Shown here one piece after another: positions 1 through 8,485 of a stretch of DNA of 31,496 nt; the stretch's first letter is position 1; each line of letters opens with the position of its first letter. Source of the DNA: Candidatus Omnitrophota bacterium (lineage in GTDB: Bacteria > Ratteibacteria > UBA8468 > B48-G9 > JAFGKM01). The notes below the pieces were generated by a model that was given only the letters and a program-made list of their open reading frames with translations, was not told the DNA's origin and made no database searches. Both the position numbers and the translations under genes were made by a program. The stretch lies in contig JAFGKM010000021.1 of the NCBI GenBank assembly GCA_016928555.1, positions 1 to 31,496 on the forward strand, given 5' to 3'.

Positions 1-741
1 AAAGTTGGAAATCTCATAGCGGCGGTAGTCATGCTCCTTAAGGTATTCTGCGGCAAAAAGATACATCTCCGCATCCATCTCCTCGCCGGGAAAAATAAGC
101 CGTTCACCGACCGGTTCGCCGTCTTCCGAATATTTTTTTTCCCACATCGGAGTGCCTTCTTCAACCTGCAGGTTATAACAGGAAATATGCTCTGGGGCGA
201 GGGAAACTGCCTTGCGGATATCTTTTCCCCACAGAGAAAGCGTCTGGTTGGGAAGCGCGAACATCAAATCAAAGCTTATGTTCTCAAAACCTGCCGAGCG
301 GCAGTCGTTATAAGTCCTTACGGAATCATTCGCCTTGTGTATGCGGCCGAGAATACCGAGCAGACCGTCGTCAAAACTCTGCACGCCGAGTGAAACCCTG
401 CTGATCCCCGTTTCTCTGAACGCCTTCAGTTTATCCGCATCAACGGCGCCCGGGTTTGCCTCTATCGTAATCTCCCGCTCTCCGGGGAAATCCGGACAGA
501 TTTTTTTTATCGCGGAAAAGATGCTCCCAACGTGGCGGGGGGAAAGAAGAACAGGAGTTCCTCCTCCCATATAGACGGTAGAAATCCCTCCGCGCAGAAA
601 ATTTTCCCGCGCTTTTAATTCCTTCAGGAGGGCGGAAACATACATGTCTACAGTTTCTTCATCAACGCCGGCAAAGGAGACAAAATCGCAGTAGCCGCAT
701 TTCTTTACGCAGAACGGTATGTGGATGTATAGTGCCGTCAT
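1..741 (-). CDS. hemW: HemW-like radical SAM heme chaperone / oxygen-independent coproporphyrinogen-III oxidase-like protein. Only the N-terminal 247 aa are in the window; the gene continues past the window start.
   Basis: The reverse-strand frame is open from 741 down to base 1 and translates to [20 protein letters not shown]..., with a CxxxCxxC radical SAM motif and a GGGTP motif. Its ATG (741..739) overlaps the lepA stop (ATGA), the classic lepA-hemW arrangement. It is absent from the ORF track because no stop codon falls inside the window. Confidence 0.8.
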   Translation of the reverse strand, partial: MTALYIHIPFCVKKCGYCDFVSFAGVDEETVDMYVSALLKELKARENFLRGGISTVYMGGGTPVLLSPRHVGSIFSAIKKICPDFPGEREITIEANPGAVDADKLKAFRETGISRVSLGVQSFDDGLLGILGRIHKANDSVRTYNDCRSAGFENISFDLMFALPNQTLSLWGKDIRKAVSLAPEHISCYNLQVEEGTPMWEKKYSEDGEPVGERLIFPGEEMDAEMYLFAAEYLKEHDYRRYEISNF

Positions 742-2519
742 TTGTTTATTTTCAGCACCGACAGGAAAACGTCCTGCGGGATATCCACGCTCCCTATCCT
801 CTTCATCCTTCTTTTTCCCTCTTTCTGTTTTTCAAGCAGTTTGCGCTTCCTGGTTATATCGCCGCCGTAGCATTTCTGGAGAACGTCCTTGCGCATGGGA
901 GCGATAGTCTCGCGCGCGACAACCTTGCCTCCGACTACCGCCTGTATGGGAATCTCAAACTGATGCCGGGGAATCTGCGTGCGCAGTTTCGCCGCCAGCT
1001 CCCTGCCGACGTACTGTACATTCCTGCGGGAGACGATTGCACTTAACGCGTCAACAGGCGCGTAGTTCAGGAGGATATCCATCTTTACGACATCCGAGAC
1101 GCGGTATTCCGTTACTTCGTAATCCATTGAGGCGTAGCCGCGCGTCACCGCCTTAAGCCGGTCGTGAAAATCAACTATAATCCTTGAAAGGGGAAGCTCA
1201 AATATCATCATGAGGCGTTCCGGGTCAAGGTATTCTGTGGAAATAAACTCTCCCTCCTTCTCTTTTACAAGCTCCATCACCGCTCCCATGTACGAGGAGG
1301 GCGAAAGGACTGTCAGACAGCAGTACGGCTCTTCAATCGCCGATATATCTGCGGCGGGAGGAAGGAGCGAAGGGTTTTCTATCATTTTAGACGTCCCGTT
1401 TTTCAATATCACTCTATATACGACGCTCGGAGCGGTGGCGACAATATCCAGTTCAAATTCCCTCTCAAGGCGTTCCTGTACAATTTCCAGGTGCAGAAGC
1501 CCCAGGAAGCCGCACCTGAACCCGAATCCCAGCGCGGTGGACGTTTCAGGTTCGTAGTAGAGAGCCGCATCATTCAACTGCAGTTTCCCTATGGCCTCCT
1601 TCAGAAGCCCGTAGTCGTCGCCCGAGACCGGATAAAACCCGCAGAAAACCATCGGCTTCATCTGTTTATAGCCGGGAAGCGGCTTGGGCGCGGGGTTAAC
1701 CCAGCCGGTGACGGTATCGCCCACCCGGCAGTCCCTGACCTCCCTGATGCCTGCAATCATATATCCGACCTCTCCGGGAAGAAGCTTCTGCGCCGGAACC
1801 TGTCCCATTCTTAAATACCCCACTTCCTGCACCTCAAATTTTTTGTCAATGCTCATAACCTTTATATCTTTCCCGGCGGCAAGCTCGCCGTTGAACACGC
1901 GCAGTCTTGCCACAACCCCGCGGTATGAATCGTAATGCGAGTCAAATATAAGCGCCTGAAGGTGAGAGGCGCCTGTCACTGCAGGAGGCGGCACGCGCTC
2001 AATAATCGCCCGGATAATTTCCTTCACTCCCTCGCCTGTCTTTGCGGACGCAAGCAGAACGTCTTCCGGCTTTATCCCGAAGGCGTTCTTAAGCTCTTCC
2101 TTGACGCGGCCGGGGTCAGCCGAAGCAAGGTCTATTTTGTTTATGACGGGGATTATCGCAAGGCCGCCGGCCAGCGCAAGATGCGCGTTTGCAAGCGTCT
2201 GCGCCTCTATGCCCTGCGTTGCGTCAATGAGAAGAATTGCACCCTCGCATGCGGCGAGCGAGCGCGAAACCTCGTAGGAAAAATCCACGTGCCCCGGCGT
2301 ATCTATGAGGTTCAGAATATAGCCCTCATGCTCCATCCTTACCGCCTGCGCCTTTATGGTGATGCCCCTTTCCCGCTCAAGGTCCATCGTATCAAGCACC
2401 TGCTCCCGCATCTTGCGGTCCTCAATCGTGCCCGTGAATGAAAGCAGGCGGTCTGCAAGCGTGGATTTGCCGTGGTCAATGTGCGCAATGATTGAAAAAT
2501 TCCTTATCCGTGTAATCAT
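738..2519 (-). CDS. lepA: Elongation factor 4 (LepA), a translational GTPase.
   Basis: 593 aa beginning [26 protein letters not shown], with GTPase G1-G4 motifs and EF-G-like domains. The match to LepA/EF4 is unmistakable. Confidence 0.95.
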   Translation of the reverse strand: MITRIRNFSIIAHIDHGKSTLADRLLSFTGTIEDRKMREQVLDTMDLERERGITIKAQAVRMEHEGYILNLIDTPGHVDFSYEVSRSLAACEGAILLIDATQGIEAQTLANAHLALAGGLAIIPVINKIDLASADPGRVKEELKNAFGIKPEDVLLASAKTGEGVKEIIRAIIERVPPPAVTGASHLQALIFDSHYDSYRGVVARLRVFNGELAAGKDIKVMSIDKKFEVQEVGYLRMGQVPAQKLLPGEVGYMIAGIREVRDCRVGDTVTGWVNPAPKPLPGYKQMKPMVFCGFYPVSGDDYGLLKEAIGKLQLNDAALYYEPETSTALGFGFRCGFLGLLHLEIVQERLEREFELDIVATAPSVVYRVILKNGTSKMIENPSLLPPAADISAIEEPYCCLTVLSPSSYMGAVMELVKEKEGEFISTEYLDPERLMMIFELPLSRIIVDFHDRLKAVTRGYASMDYEVTEYRVSDVVKMDILLNYAPVDALSAIVSRRNVQYVGRELAAKLRTQIPRHQFEIPIQAVVGGKVVARETIAPMRKDVLQKCYGGDITRKRKLLEKQKEGKRRMKRIGSVDIPQDVFLSVLKINK

Positions 2520-2545
2520 AACCTGTTATTATACTACAAAAGAGG

Positions 2546-5167
2546 TTAAACCGGTGTGGAAAGATAACAGACGGCTTTCTGCTGTTCCGGGTTAACCGCA
2601 ACCTGAGCGTACATTCCACCAGCCGCTGAGGGAACGTCTATAACCTTGACATACCCGGCAAATTCTTTGTCTTCCGGCAGAAGCAGGGGAAGGGAATTTT
2701 CCGCCCCGTTGAAAAATTTTCCGTTGAATGCGGTGTTTGCCTCTTCGGGATAAACTGCGATAAATATAATTCTGTTTTCCACCAGGTCCTGAAAAAAGTG
2801 CGTTCCGAAGGATATCTCGGGTATATGCCCGGATTTCTCCTGCGCAACCTCAACCAGCACCGAGGCGTTGCTTATATCCGCATAGGTGGCGTTGACGCCA
2901 AGATCAACGTTGCTGCTGCCCCATCTGCCGGGTCCCATCAGCATGATTTTTTCTCCGGAGAGTGCGGGATGATTGTTAATCCTGCCTACAAGCCTGCCGA
3001 GCGATTTTTTTATGACGGCCGATGAAATGCCGCCGTATTTCCCGGAATCAACGTAAACGATGTATTTTATATTGCTTATCTGCCCGCCGTAAACCATCTT
3101 GTCAGACCGGAATAAAACGAGTTTCCTGTCAATGCTTTCGGGTATTATGACGGAAACGGCGGTGCCGGGCAGAAAAAGAGGACGGCACTGCAGAAGGTTG
3201 ACCTTTACCCTGTTTCCCGGATAGAGTGCGGCTGTAAATTCAATTTCCACGGGATGCCCGTACCCTTCCTCAAGCTTAGTCAGAACAGCGTCAATGACCT
3301 CTATCATATCCGTATCTTTTATCAGGTTGTTGAATGTCAGAACTGTTTTCCCGCCGTAATTCTCCATATAACCTGTTGCAGAGTCATACAATCCCCCTTC
3401 TTTCAGCATGGAGACGAAAAGATTCATGTACGGATAATCGCCTGCGGAAAGAAGCTCGTTAACCTCCGCGGTTTCAAACCTGTTTTTTGCGATGTCAAGC
3501 ATATCAACCTGTTTCTGGGAATACTTAACCACCTTCTCCCCTATCTCGGGACGGAGCTGTGGATTGCTTACCGGTATCATCCTCGCATAATCCCCCGCAG
3601 TCCTATCCACCGCCCTGGTCCCCAGTCCGAAGACCAGGCGGATCATACCCTTCTTCGGGTCTATTTTCTTGTTCCAGTTATAAATGTTTCTGGAAAAAGC
3701 CACCCCGGCAAGCGAAGGGAAAAAATAATTCCCGTAAGGCATCCCCGAAACCCTCTGGACAAGTATCGCCATCTGTTCCTCGCTGGCCGCCAGGTCTCTT
3801 TTTGCCCTGTACGAAAGCGCATCCGGATTAAGAGTGCTCGCATATACCAGCTTGACGGCGTTCAGGAACACTTCCATCCGTTCTTCAAACGCGCCCTGGT
3901 TGGCGCAGAACTCACTGCGGTACTTGCCTGCAAATGCATTCCCGAAACTGTCTTCAAGAAGACTGCTTGACCGGACGATAATCGGCGACTGGCCGAAATA
4001 ATCAAGAATGTTTCTGAACTGCTCCATGATGTGCCCGGGAAAAGCCCCTTTCAGGAATTTTTCTTCTATGACGGCAAACTCCTCCCGGCTCACCGAACCT
4101 GATGCAACCGCCCGGAGCCTCAGTTTAAAAAGGTCGTTGTCAACGAGAAAGGTGAAAAATACGTCCGAGCCGATATAAAACGAATCATGGGGCTCAATCC
4201 TCCCCCTGAAATAATCTTCCCCGCCTTTCTCCGAAAGCAGTATTTTCCTTGCCAGCAGCATCCCCGCAGACTTTCCGCCTATGCGCCCCGACCCTATAAG
4301 GCGGTTTCTTATCGCAATCAGGTCATCCGAATTTATGTAAAGTCCCGAAAGCCTGTTGAATTCCGGATGCTCCCCGAAAATCATGCGGGAAAATTCCCTC
4401 TTCAGAGCCGCCAGTTCCTGATTTTTTTCATCAAATCCTTCTTCCCTGTACCGGAGCAGTTTCCCGTAGACGCTCTCCCACGGCGCAACGGACCTTTCGG
4501 CGCCCTTCAGCGGATAGGTGTGCGCTATGGAAGAAACAGCGGCGGCTTCTCCGCTCCGGAAAACAGGCTTTATCCCGTCAGGGAAAACCGTGTACGGTAA
4601 AAACATCTGGGGAGAATACCTGTCCCACACCTTCAGAGGCTGTATGTACATGGCGCCGTTTGCATGGAATACGTCTATCAGAATCTGCGTGGTGTCGCGT
4701 ATTTTTGCGACTGCGCCGTGGGAATGCCTGCCGCGGGTGAGCGAAAAATATGCCACCGTCTGCTGGTCGTATAAAAACGGGCAGGTTATGCGGAAAAAAT
4801 TCGCAAGAAGCTCATCGGTCGCCCATGTTTCCACCAGAGAGGAAAGATTGTCAAACACGTAGCAAATCCCTTTGCCTTCCCTTTCAACTATCTCGTGCAC
4901 CTGGCGGCTGAAAGAATCAAACCCTTCTCCCGGATTGACTTTCGCAACGACGACCCCATGCTCTTTGGACAATACCGGAGGGTCTGACGAAAACCTCATA
5001 TATATGCATCTTATGCCGCCGGAAACAACGCTCTTTACGAAAGGTTCCGCAAAATACCTGTAATCCCCGGGTTGCTCAACCTGCCACACGACATTATCGC
5101 TGAATCTTATTCCGTTCAGTATCTCGTCCAGAGCGGTTATTCCGCTTGATATCTCTTTTCTTTCCAT
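2546..5167 (-). CDS. Multidomain protein with an N-terminal degenerate KaiC/RecA-like domain (no Walker A), a central PPDK_N-type PEP/pyruvate-binding ATP-grasp domain, and a C-terminal ~230 aa of unknown fold. It is a putative phosphotransferase or dikinase-like enzyme.
   Basis: The ORF track gives an 880-aa ORF (2546..5188). The second ATG, at 5167 (MERKEISSGITALDEILNGI...), has an AAAGG Shine-Dalgarno sequence and the first has none. GGKSAGMLLARKIL matches the PPDK_N nucleotide-binding motif, and ...VEIEFTAAL...LLQCRPL matches the end of the PPS/PPDK ATP-grasp (DIEWA...LQARP). The N-terminus resembles a KaiC/RadA fold (ITALDEILNGI) but lacks GxxxxGKT. No phosphohistidine swivel motif (GGRTSHAAI) is present. 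Confidence 0.75.
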   Translation of the reverse strand: MERKEISSGITALDEILNGIRFSDNVVWQVEQPGDYRYFAEPFVKSVVSGGIRCIYMRFSSDPPVLSKEHGVVVAKVNPGEGFDSFSRQVHEIVEREGKGICYVFDNLSSLVETWATDELLANFFRITCPFLYDQQTVAYFSLTRGRHSHGAVAKIRDTTQILIDVFHANGAMYIQPLKVWDRYSPQMFLPYTVFPDGIKPVFRSGEAAAVSSIAHTYPLKGAERSVAPWESVYGKLLRYREEGFDEKNQELAALKREFSRMIFGEHPEFNRLSGLYINSDDLIAIRNRLIGSGRIGGKSAGMLLARKILLSEKGGEDYFRGRIEPHDSFYIGSDVFFTFLVDNDLFKLRLRAVASGSVSREEFAVIEEKFLKGAFPGHIMEQFRNILDYFGQSPIIVRSSSLLEDSFGNAFAGKYRSEFCANQGAFEERMEVFLNAVKLVYASTLNPDALSYRAKRDLAASEEQMAILVQRVSGMPYGNYFFPSLAGVAFSRNIYNWNKKIDPKKGMIRLVFGLGTRAVDRTAGDYARMIPVSNPQLRPEIGEKVVKYSQKQVDMLDIAKNRFETAEVNELLSAGDYPYMNLFVSMLKEGGLYDSATGYMENYGGKTVLTFNNLIKDTDMIEVIDAVLTKLEEGYGHPVEIEFTAALYPGNRVKVNLLQCRPLFLPGTAVSVIIPESIDRKLVLFRSDKMVYGGQISNIKYIVYVDSGKYGGISSAVIKKSLGRLVGRINNHPALSGEKIMLMGPGRWGSSNVDLGVNATYADISNASVLVEVAQEKSGHIPEISFGTHFFQDLVENRIIFIAVYPEEANTAFNGKFFNGAENSLPLLLPEDKEFAGYVKVIDVPSAAGGMYAQVAVNPEQQKAVCYLSTPV

Positions 5168-5266
5168 AACCCGCCTTTTATGAAACATCAGGGATTTTTT
5201 TAGTATAGACCGCCGCTTTCCCCGCTGTCAAAAAAACATCGGGAATTTTATACCGGAAAGCCGCAC

Positions 5267-5296
5267 TTCAATTTTTACGCCGCTTTATGGTATAAT
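5267..5296 (+). promoter_or_regulatory. Sigma70-type promoter for the downstream aldolase-like gene: -35 TTCAAT, 18-nt spacer, extended -10 TGgTATAAT.
   Basis: A consensus TATAAT lies at 5291..5296 with TG at 5288..5289. TTCAAT lies at 5267..5272. An AAGGAG Shine-Dalgarno sequence sits 8 nt before the ATG at 5318. Confidence 0.5.
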
Positions 5297-5317
5297 CAGC
5301 GGAACAAGGAGCCAGAC

Positions 5318-6319
5318 ATGGAAGAAAAGAAACAGGCGGCAATCGCGGCAACGAAGGGAGAGTGGGTCACGTACAGGCCCGATATAAAAGTGCTTGACTG
5401 CACCATAAGGGACGGCGGATTGATGAATAAGCACCTGTATGACGACGCCGTTGTAAAGAAGATTTACCAGACGTGCGTTGAAGCGGGAATAGACTACATA
5501 GAATTCGGATACAAATCCTCAAAAAAAATCTATTCCCCGGCGGAATTCGGACCGTGGAAGTTCTGCGACGAAGACTCCATCCGCAGGATTGTGGAGAAAA
5601 ACAAAGGCCCTATCAAGATTTCCGTAATGGCAGACGCCGAAAGGACCGACTACCACACTGATATACTTCCGAAAGAAAAAAGCGTCATTGACATGGTAAG
5701 GGTGGCAACCTACATCCACCAGATACCCGAAGCGCTTGACATGATTAAGGACGCCCATGACAAGGGATATGAAACCACAGTCAACCTAATGGCCGTCTCC
5801 ACCGTACAGGACAGGGAGCTTGACGATGCACTTGCGGCGCTTGCGGCAAGCGACGTGAACGTCATCTACATCGTTGACAGCTTCGGAGCGTTCTACGGAG
5901 AACAGATACGCGACCTGACGCTCAAGTATCTGAAATACGCAAAAGCGGCGGGGAAAGAGGTCGGCATCCACACGCACAACAACCAGCAGTTGGCATACGC
6001 CAACACCATAGAATCTCTCATTGCCGGGGCAAGCAGGCTGGACGCGAGCATGGCCGGACTTGGCAGAGGCGCGGGCAACTGCCAGATTGAGCTCCTGCTC
6101 GGATTCCTGCACAACCCGAAGTTCAACCTGCGTCCGGTTATCCAATGCATCCAGGAATACGTTGAGCCGCTGAGGGAAAAACTGCGCTGGGGATTTGACA
6201 TACCCTACATGCTCACCGGGCTTCTCAACCAGCATCCGAGAGATGCCATGAAATTCATGGAAGGCGACGACAGGAAAAACCTGATAAAGTTTTACGACGC
6301 CATCATGGAAGAAGAATAA
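5318..6319 (+). CDS. DRE-TIM metallolyase (HMGL-like pyruvate carboxyltransferase domain), similar to 4-hydroxy-2-oxovalerate aldolase or citramalate/isopropylmalate synthase catalytic domains.
   Basis: 333 aa with LDCTIRDGG near the N-terminus and the GIHTHNN (HxH) metal-binding motif typical of the HMGL-like family. A strong Shine-Dalgarno sequence and promoter lie upstream. Confidence 0.7.
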   Translation: MEEKKQAAIAATKGEWVTYRPDIKVLDCTIRDGGLMNKHLYDDAVVKKIYQTCVEAGIDYIEFGYKSSKKIYSPAEFGPWKFCDEDSIRRIVEKNKGPIKISVMADAERTDYHTDILPKEKSVIDMVRVATYIHQIPEALDMIKDAHDKGYETTVNLMAVSTVQDRELDDALAALAASDVNVIYIVDSFGAFYGEQIRDLTLKYLKYAKAAGKEVGIHTHNNQQLAYANTIESLIAGASRLDASMAGLGRGAGNCQIELLLGFLHNPKFNLRPVIQCIQEYVEPLREKLRWGFDIPYMLTGLLNQHPRDAMKFMEGDDRKNLIKFYDAIMEEE

Positions 6320-6323
6320 CTTT

Positions 6324-7691
6324 TTACCTGCGGCCGCCCTTCTCTTTTCTGTTTTCCGGACCGTTCTTCTCCCGTTCCTGCGATTTCTCTCTGTTCCGGA
6401 AAGCGTCCGCGGCGCGCTCTATCACTTTGCCGAGAGAAAGCTTAACTTCCCCGTCGCGCGGTTTATTCCTGTCCCGGGCGAAGGTTCTGCCGTCATAAGC
6501 ATCGCCGTCAATAACCTCCGGGGACTCATCGAGGGGCTTGTCTTTTGTTTCTTTTGGAATTTCAGGCGTGATTATCTTATTTTCCGGCTTTGCCCGCCGG
6601 GAATCTTCATCGCCATACCGGCGGTCGTTGGTAGAACCCGGTTTAGCTATAACAGACGGTTTATCTGCGGGAGGCGCCGGCTGAACTATATTGCTTTCCG
6701 GACTTTCCCTCCTGTTATCTCTATCGCCCCCTCTGCCTTCGTCGGGAGAACCCGGCCGTTCAGGCCTTTTTTCCGGCGGGGAAATGCGCGGCGCGGGGTC
6801 TTTCAGGACAAGTCTCGGCGGCTTCTCCTCAAACCTGTCTCTCGTATCCCTGTCCCTGTAATCAACCCCTCTCCTGTGGTGCGGGTCATGCCGCCAGTAA
6901 GGCTCGTCATAATACCGGCGTACGACCGGCTTATGGTATCTGCAAGCGTCGCCCAGTACTATGTAAATTCTGAAAGAAGGCCAGTCAAAGAATGTCCATG
7001 AGAACCATCCTATGCTTATATAAAACGGAGAACTGTACCGGACATGCCTCACACCGAAGGCGTGACCGGGGGGAGAATACCAGCAATACGGCGGGTAAGC
7101 GGGATAACTCCACCTGCCGTACACATAAAGCGGGTCATATACAGGCACATAAACCACGCTGGAGACAGCCGGCTCAATCTTTATGATCTTCCGCTCTACA
7201 ATTACTTTCTGCTCCCTGTTGCTTTTGAGATTACCTTCTTTGTACGCCCTGTCGCGCAGTTCCTGTACAACGTCAATAATATCTTCCTCCTGGCTTAGAA
7301 AGGCATCACCCAGCCTTCTCGTCTGGTCAAGTTTGTCGCTTAGGGCAGACAAAACGTCAGGGAAATTGCATAGTGATTTAACGCTGGTATCCCAATCCTT
7401 TTCCAGAAGGGCGCTGTACAGTTCGTCGCCCTCCGGATTATTATTTCTGGTCATCCAGCGTTCCGCCTCCACAATCTCAAGAGGATAGGTTGACGCCATC
7501 AACACCTGGGCAAGCAGTGAATCCGGATACAGGGCAATGGGGGCAAGCATCTGCGTAAGCTCCGCCCTGCTGAATTCTTCATCCCGCTCCCTCTCATAGT
7601 ACCCCTGCGCCGGCGCCGCCGGCATAACAACAAAGAGAGCTAAAAGTGCAAGCGCCGTACCTTTCATAAAATTCCTTATAATAATTTTCAT
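6324..7691 (-). CDS. Secreted DUF3300-family protein with a long, highly charged R/D/E/P-rich C-terminal low-complexity tail.
   Basis: 455 aa. Signal-peptide-like N-terminus (MKGTALALLALFVVMPAAPAQG). LAPIALYPDSLLAQVLMASTYPLEIVEAERW is the DUF3300 hallmark. The C-terminal ~180 aa is RD/RE/P-rich. A GGGGTGA Shine-Dalgarno sequence lies upstream. Confidence 0.8.
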   Translation of the reverse strand: MKIIIRNFMKGTALALLALFVVMPAAPAQGYYERERDEEFSRAELTQMLAPIALYPDSLLAQVLMASTYPLEIVEAERWMTRNNNPEGDELYSALLEKDWDTSVKSLCNFPDVLSALSDKLDQTRRLGDAFLSQEEDIIDVVQELRDRAYKEGNLKSNREQKVIVERKIIKIEPAVSSVVYVPVYDPLYVYGRWSYPAYPPYCWYSPPGHAFGVRHVRYSSPFYISIGWFSWTFFDWPSFRIYIVLGDACRYHKPVVRRYYDEPYWRHDPHHRRGVDYRDRDTRDRFEEKPPRLVLKDPAPRISPPEKRPERPGSPDEGRGGDRDNRRESPESNIVQPAPPADKPSVIAKPGSTNDRRYGDEDSRRAKPENKIITPEIPKETKDKPLDESPEVIDGDAYDGRTFARDRNKPRDGEVKLSLGKVIERAADAFRNREKSQEREKNGPENRKEKGGRR

Positions 7692-7824
7692 GGAAGTTCA
7701 CCCCCTTTCTTCTATTATTCTGACTCCCTCCGCCCGAAAAGGTTTAGCGATATTTCTTATTTTTTGAAAACCGTAAATTAATAAGCCCTTTGCAGAGTTT
7801 GCGGAAAAAAATATGCGCTAAACC

Positions 7825-7854
7825 TTATTGCTTGCTGCCTGTCTAAAGTATAAT
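7825..7854 (+). promoter_or_regulatory. Putative sigma70 promoter (-10 TATAAT at 7849..7854, weak -35) for the Met-rich protein gene.
   Basis: A perfect TATAAT hexamer lies ~40 nt upstream of the ATG at 7893. The -35 element is poor (TTATTG, or TTGCTG with a short spacer). Confidence 0.3.
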
Positions 7855-7892
7855 TAAAAGAGGTTTCTGGAACGGATTACAAGGAGGACAGC

Positions 7893-8399
7893 ATGAACAG
7901 AAACGCAATAGTCTGTCTGGCCGTAATGCTCGCGGCAAGCGCAGGGTTCTGCCAGGAAGCGAAACCCGGTGTGCAGGCGCTGGCTGGGCAAGAAGCCATG
8001 TACATGGACGGACAATGTACGCCGGACAGAGAGCAGATGCAGATGAGAGGGAAAATGCAGCAGGGAATGCAGCAGCCCGGTATGATGCGCCCCATGATGG
8101 GCAAGAACATGCCTCAGCAGCCCGGTATGATGCGCCCCATGATGGGCAAGAACATGCCTCAACAGCAGGGTATGATGGGACACGGAATGGACAGGGGAAT
8201 GATGCGGCAGGGGATGCAGGGACAGATGCAGACGAAACCGCAGGCATCCATGGTTCCGTCTGACAACGGCGGGATAATAGTGCTCAGGGGAAACACGCTT
8301 TACAAGTTTGACAAAAATCTTAACCTGCTCCGGGAAGCCGTACTCCCGCGCCCTGAAAAGGAAATTGAGAAAAAGCCTCCGGTCAAGGATAAAGAATAA
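7893..8399 (+). CDS. Small secreted Met/Gln-rich protein with two tandem 15-aa repeats (QPGMMRPMMGKNMPQ) and an MGHGM motif. It may be a periplasmic Cu(I)/Ag(I)-binding protein.
   Basis: 168 aa with an N-terminal signal peptide (MNRNAIVCLAVMLAASAGFC). A strong AAGGAGG Shine-Dalgarno sequence sits 7 nt upstream. Composition is strongly biased toward M, Q and G. The overlapping His-rich ORFs on the opposite strand are the antisense image (CAT/ATG). Confidence 0.7.
   Translation: MNRNAIVCLAVMLAASAGFCQEAKPGVQALAGQEAMYMDGQCTPDREQMQMRGKMQQGMQQPGMMRPMMGKNMPQQPGMMRPMMGKNMPQQQGMMGHGMDRGMMRQGMQGQMQTKPQASMVPSDNGGIIVLRGNTLYKFDKNLNLLREAVLPRPEKEIEKKPPVKDKE
8073..8162 (+). repeat. Perfect tandem direct repeat of 2 x 45 bp inside the Met-rich protein gene.
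   Basis: Unit cagcccggtatgatgcgccccatgatgggcaagaacatgcctcag at 8073..8117 is repeated at 8118..8162 with 44/45 identity. It encodes QPGMMRPMMGKNMPQ twice. Confidence 0.9.
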
Positions 8400-8485
8400 C
8401 CGGTATTTTCGGCAATAAAGTTGTGCCTTTCCCCTTGCCCGCTTTTTGACATTTCCGGCATGCAGGATAAAATAAAAGCACATTT

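Noticed and set aside
31-393. 120-aa + strand ORF, plus ORFs 335..574 and 732..1046, at the window start
   Set aside because: These lie antisense to the hemW and lepA coding regions. Both of those genes have clear, motif-rich products in the reverse frame (CxxxCxxC radical SAM, and lepA). The + strand ORFs have no Shine-Dalgarno sequence and are low-complexity.
5893-6235. Minus-strand ORFs of 149 and 102 aa inside the DRE-TIM gene
   Set aside because: They are antisense to a well-supported CDS that has HMGL-family motifs. They are typical GC-rich antisense open frames.
7790-7892. Possible sigma54 promoter (CTGGAAC...ACAAGG) upstream of the Met-rich gene
   Set aside because: The -24 TGGAAC is a partial match. 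The -12 position, which should read TTGCW, reads ACAA.
7843-8483. His-rich minus-strand ORFs (134 and 209 aa) overlapping the Met-rich gene
   Set aside because: They are the reverse-complement artefact of the ATG-rich + strand gene (CAT codons give His). The + strand ORF has a signal peptide and a consensus AAGGAGG Shine-Dalgarno sequence, and the minus-strand ORFs have neither.
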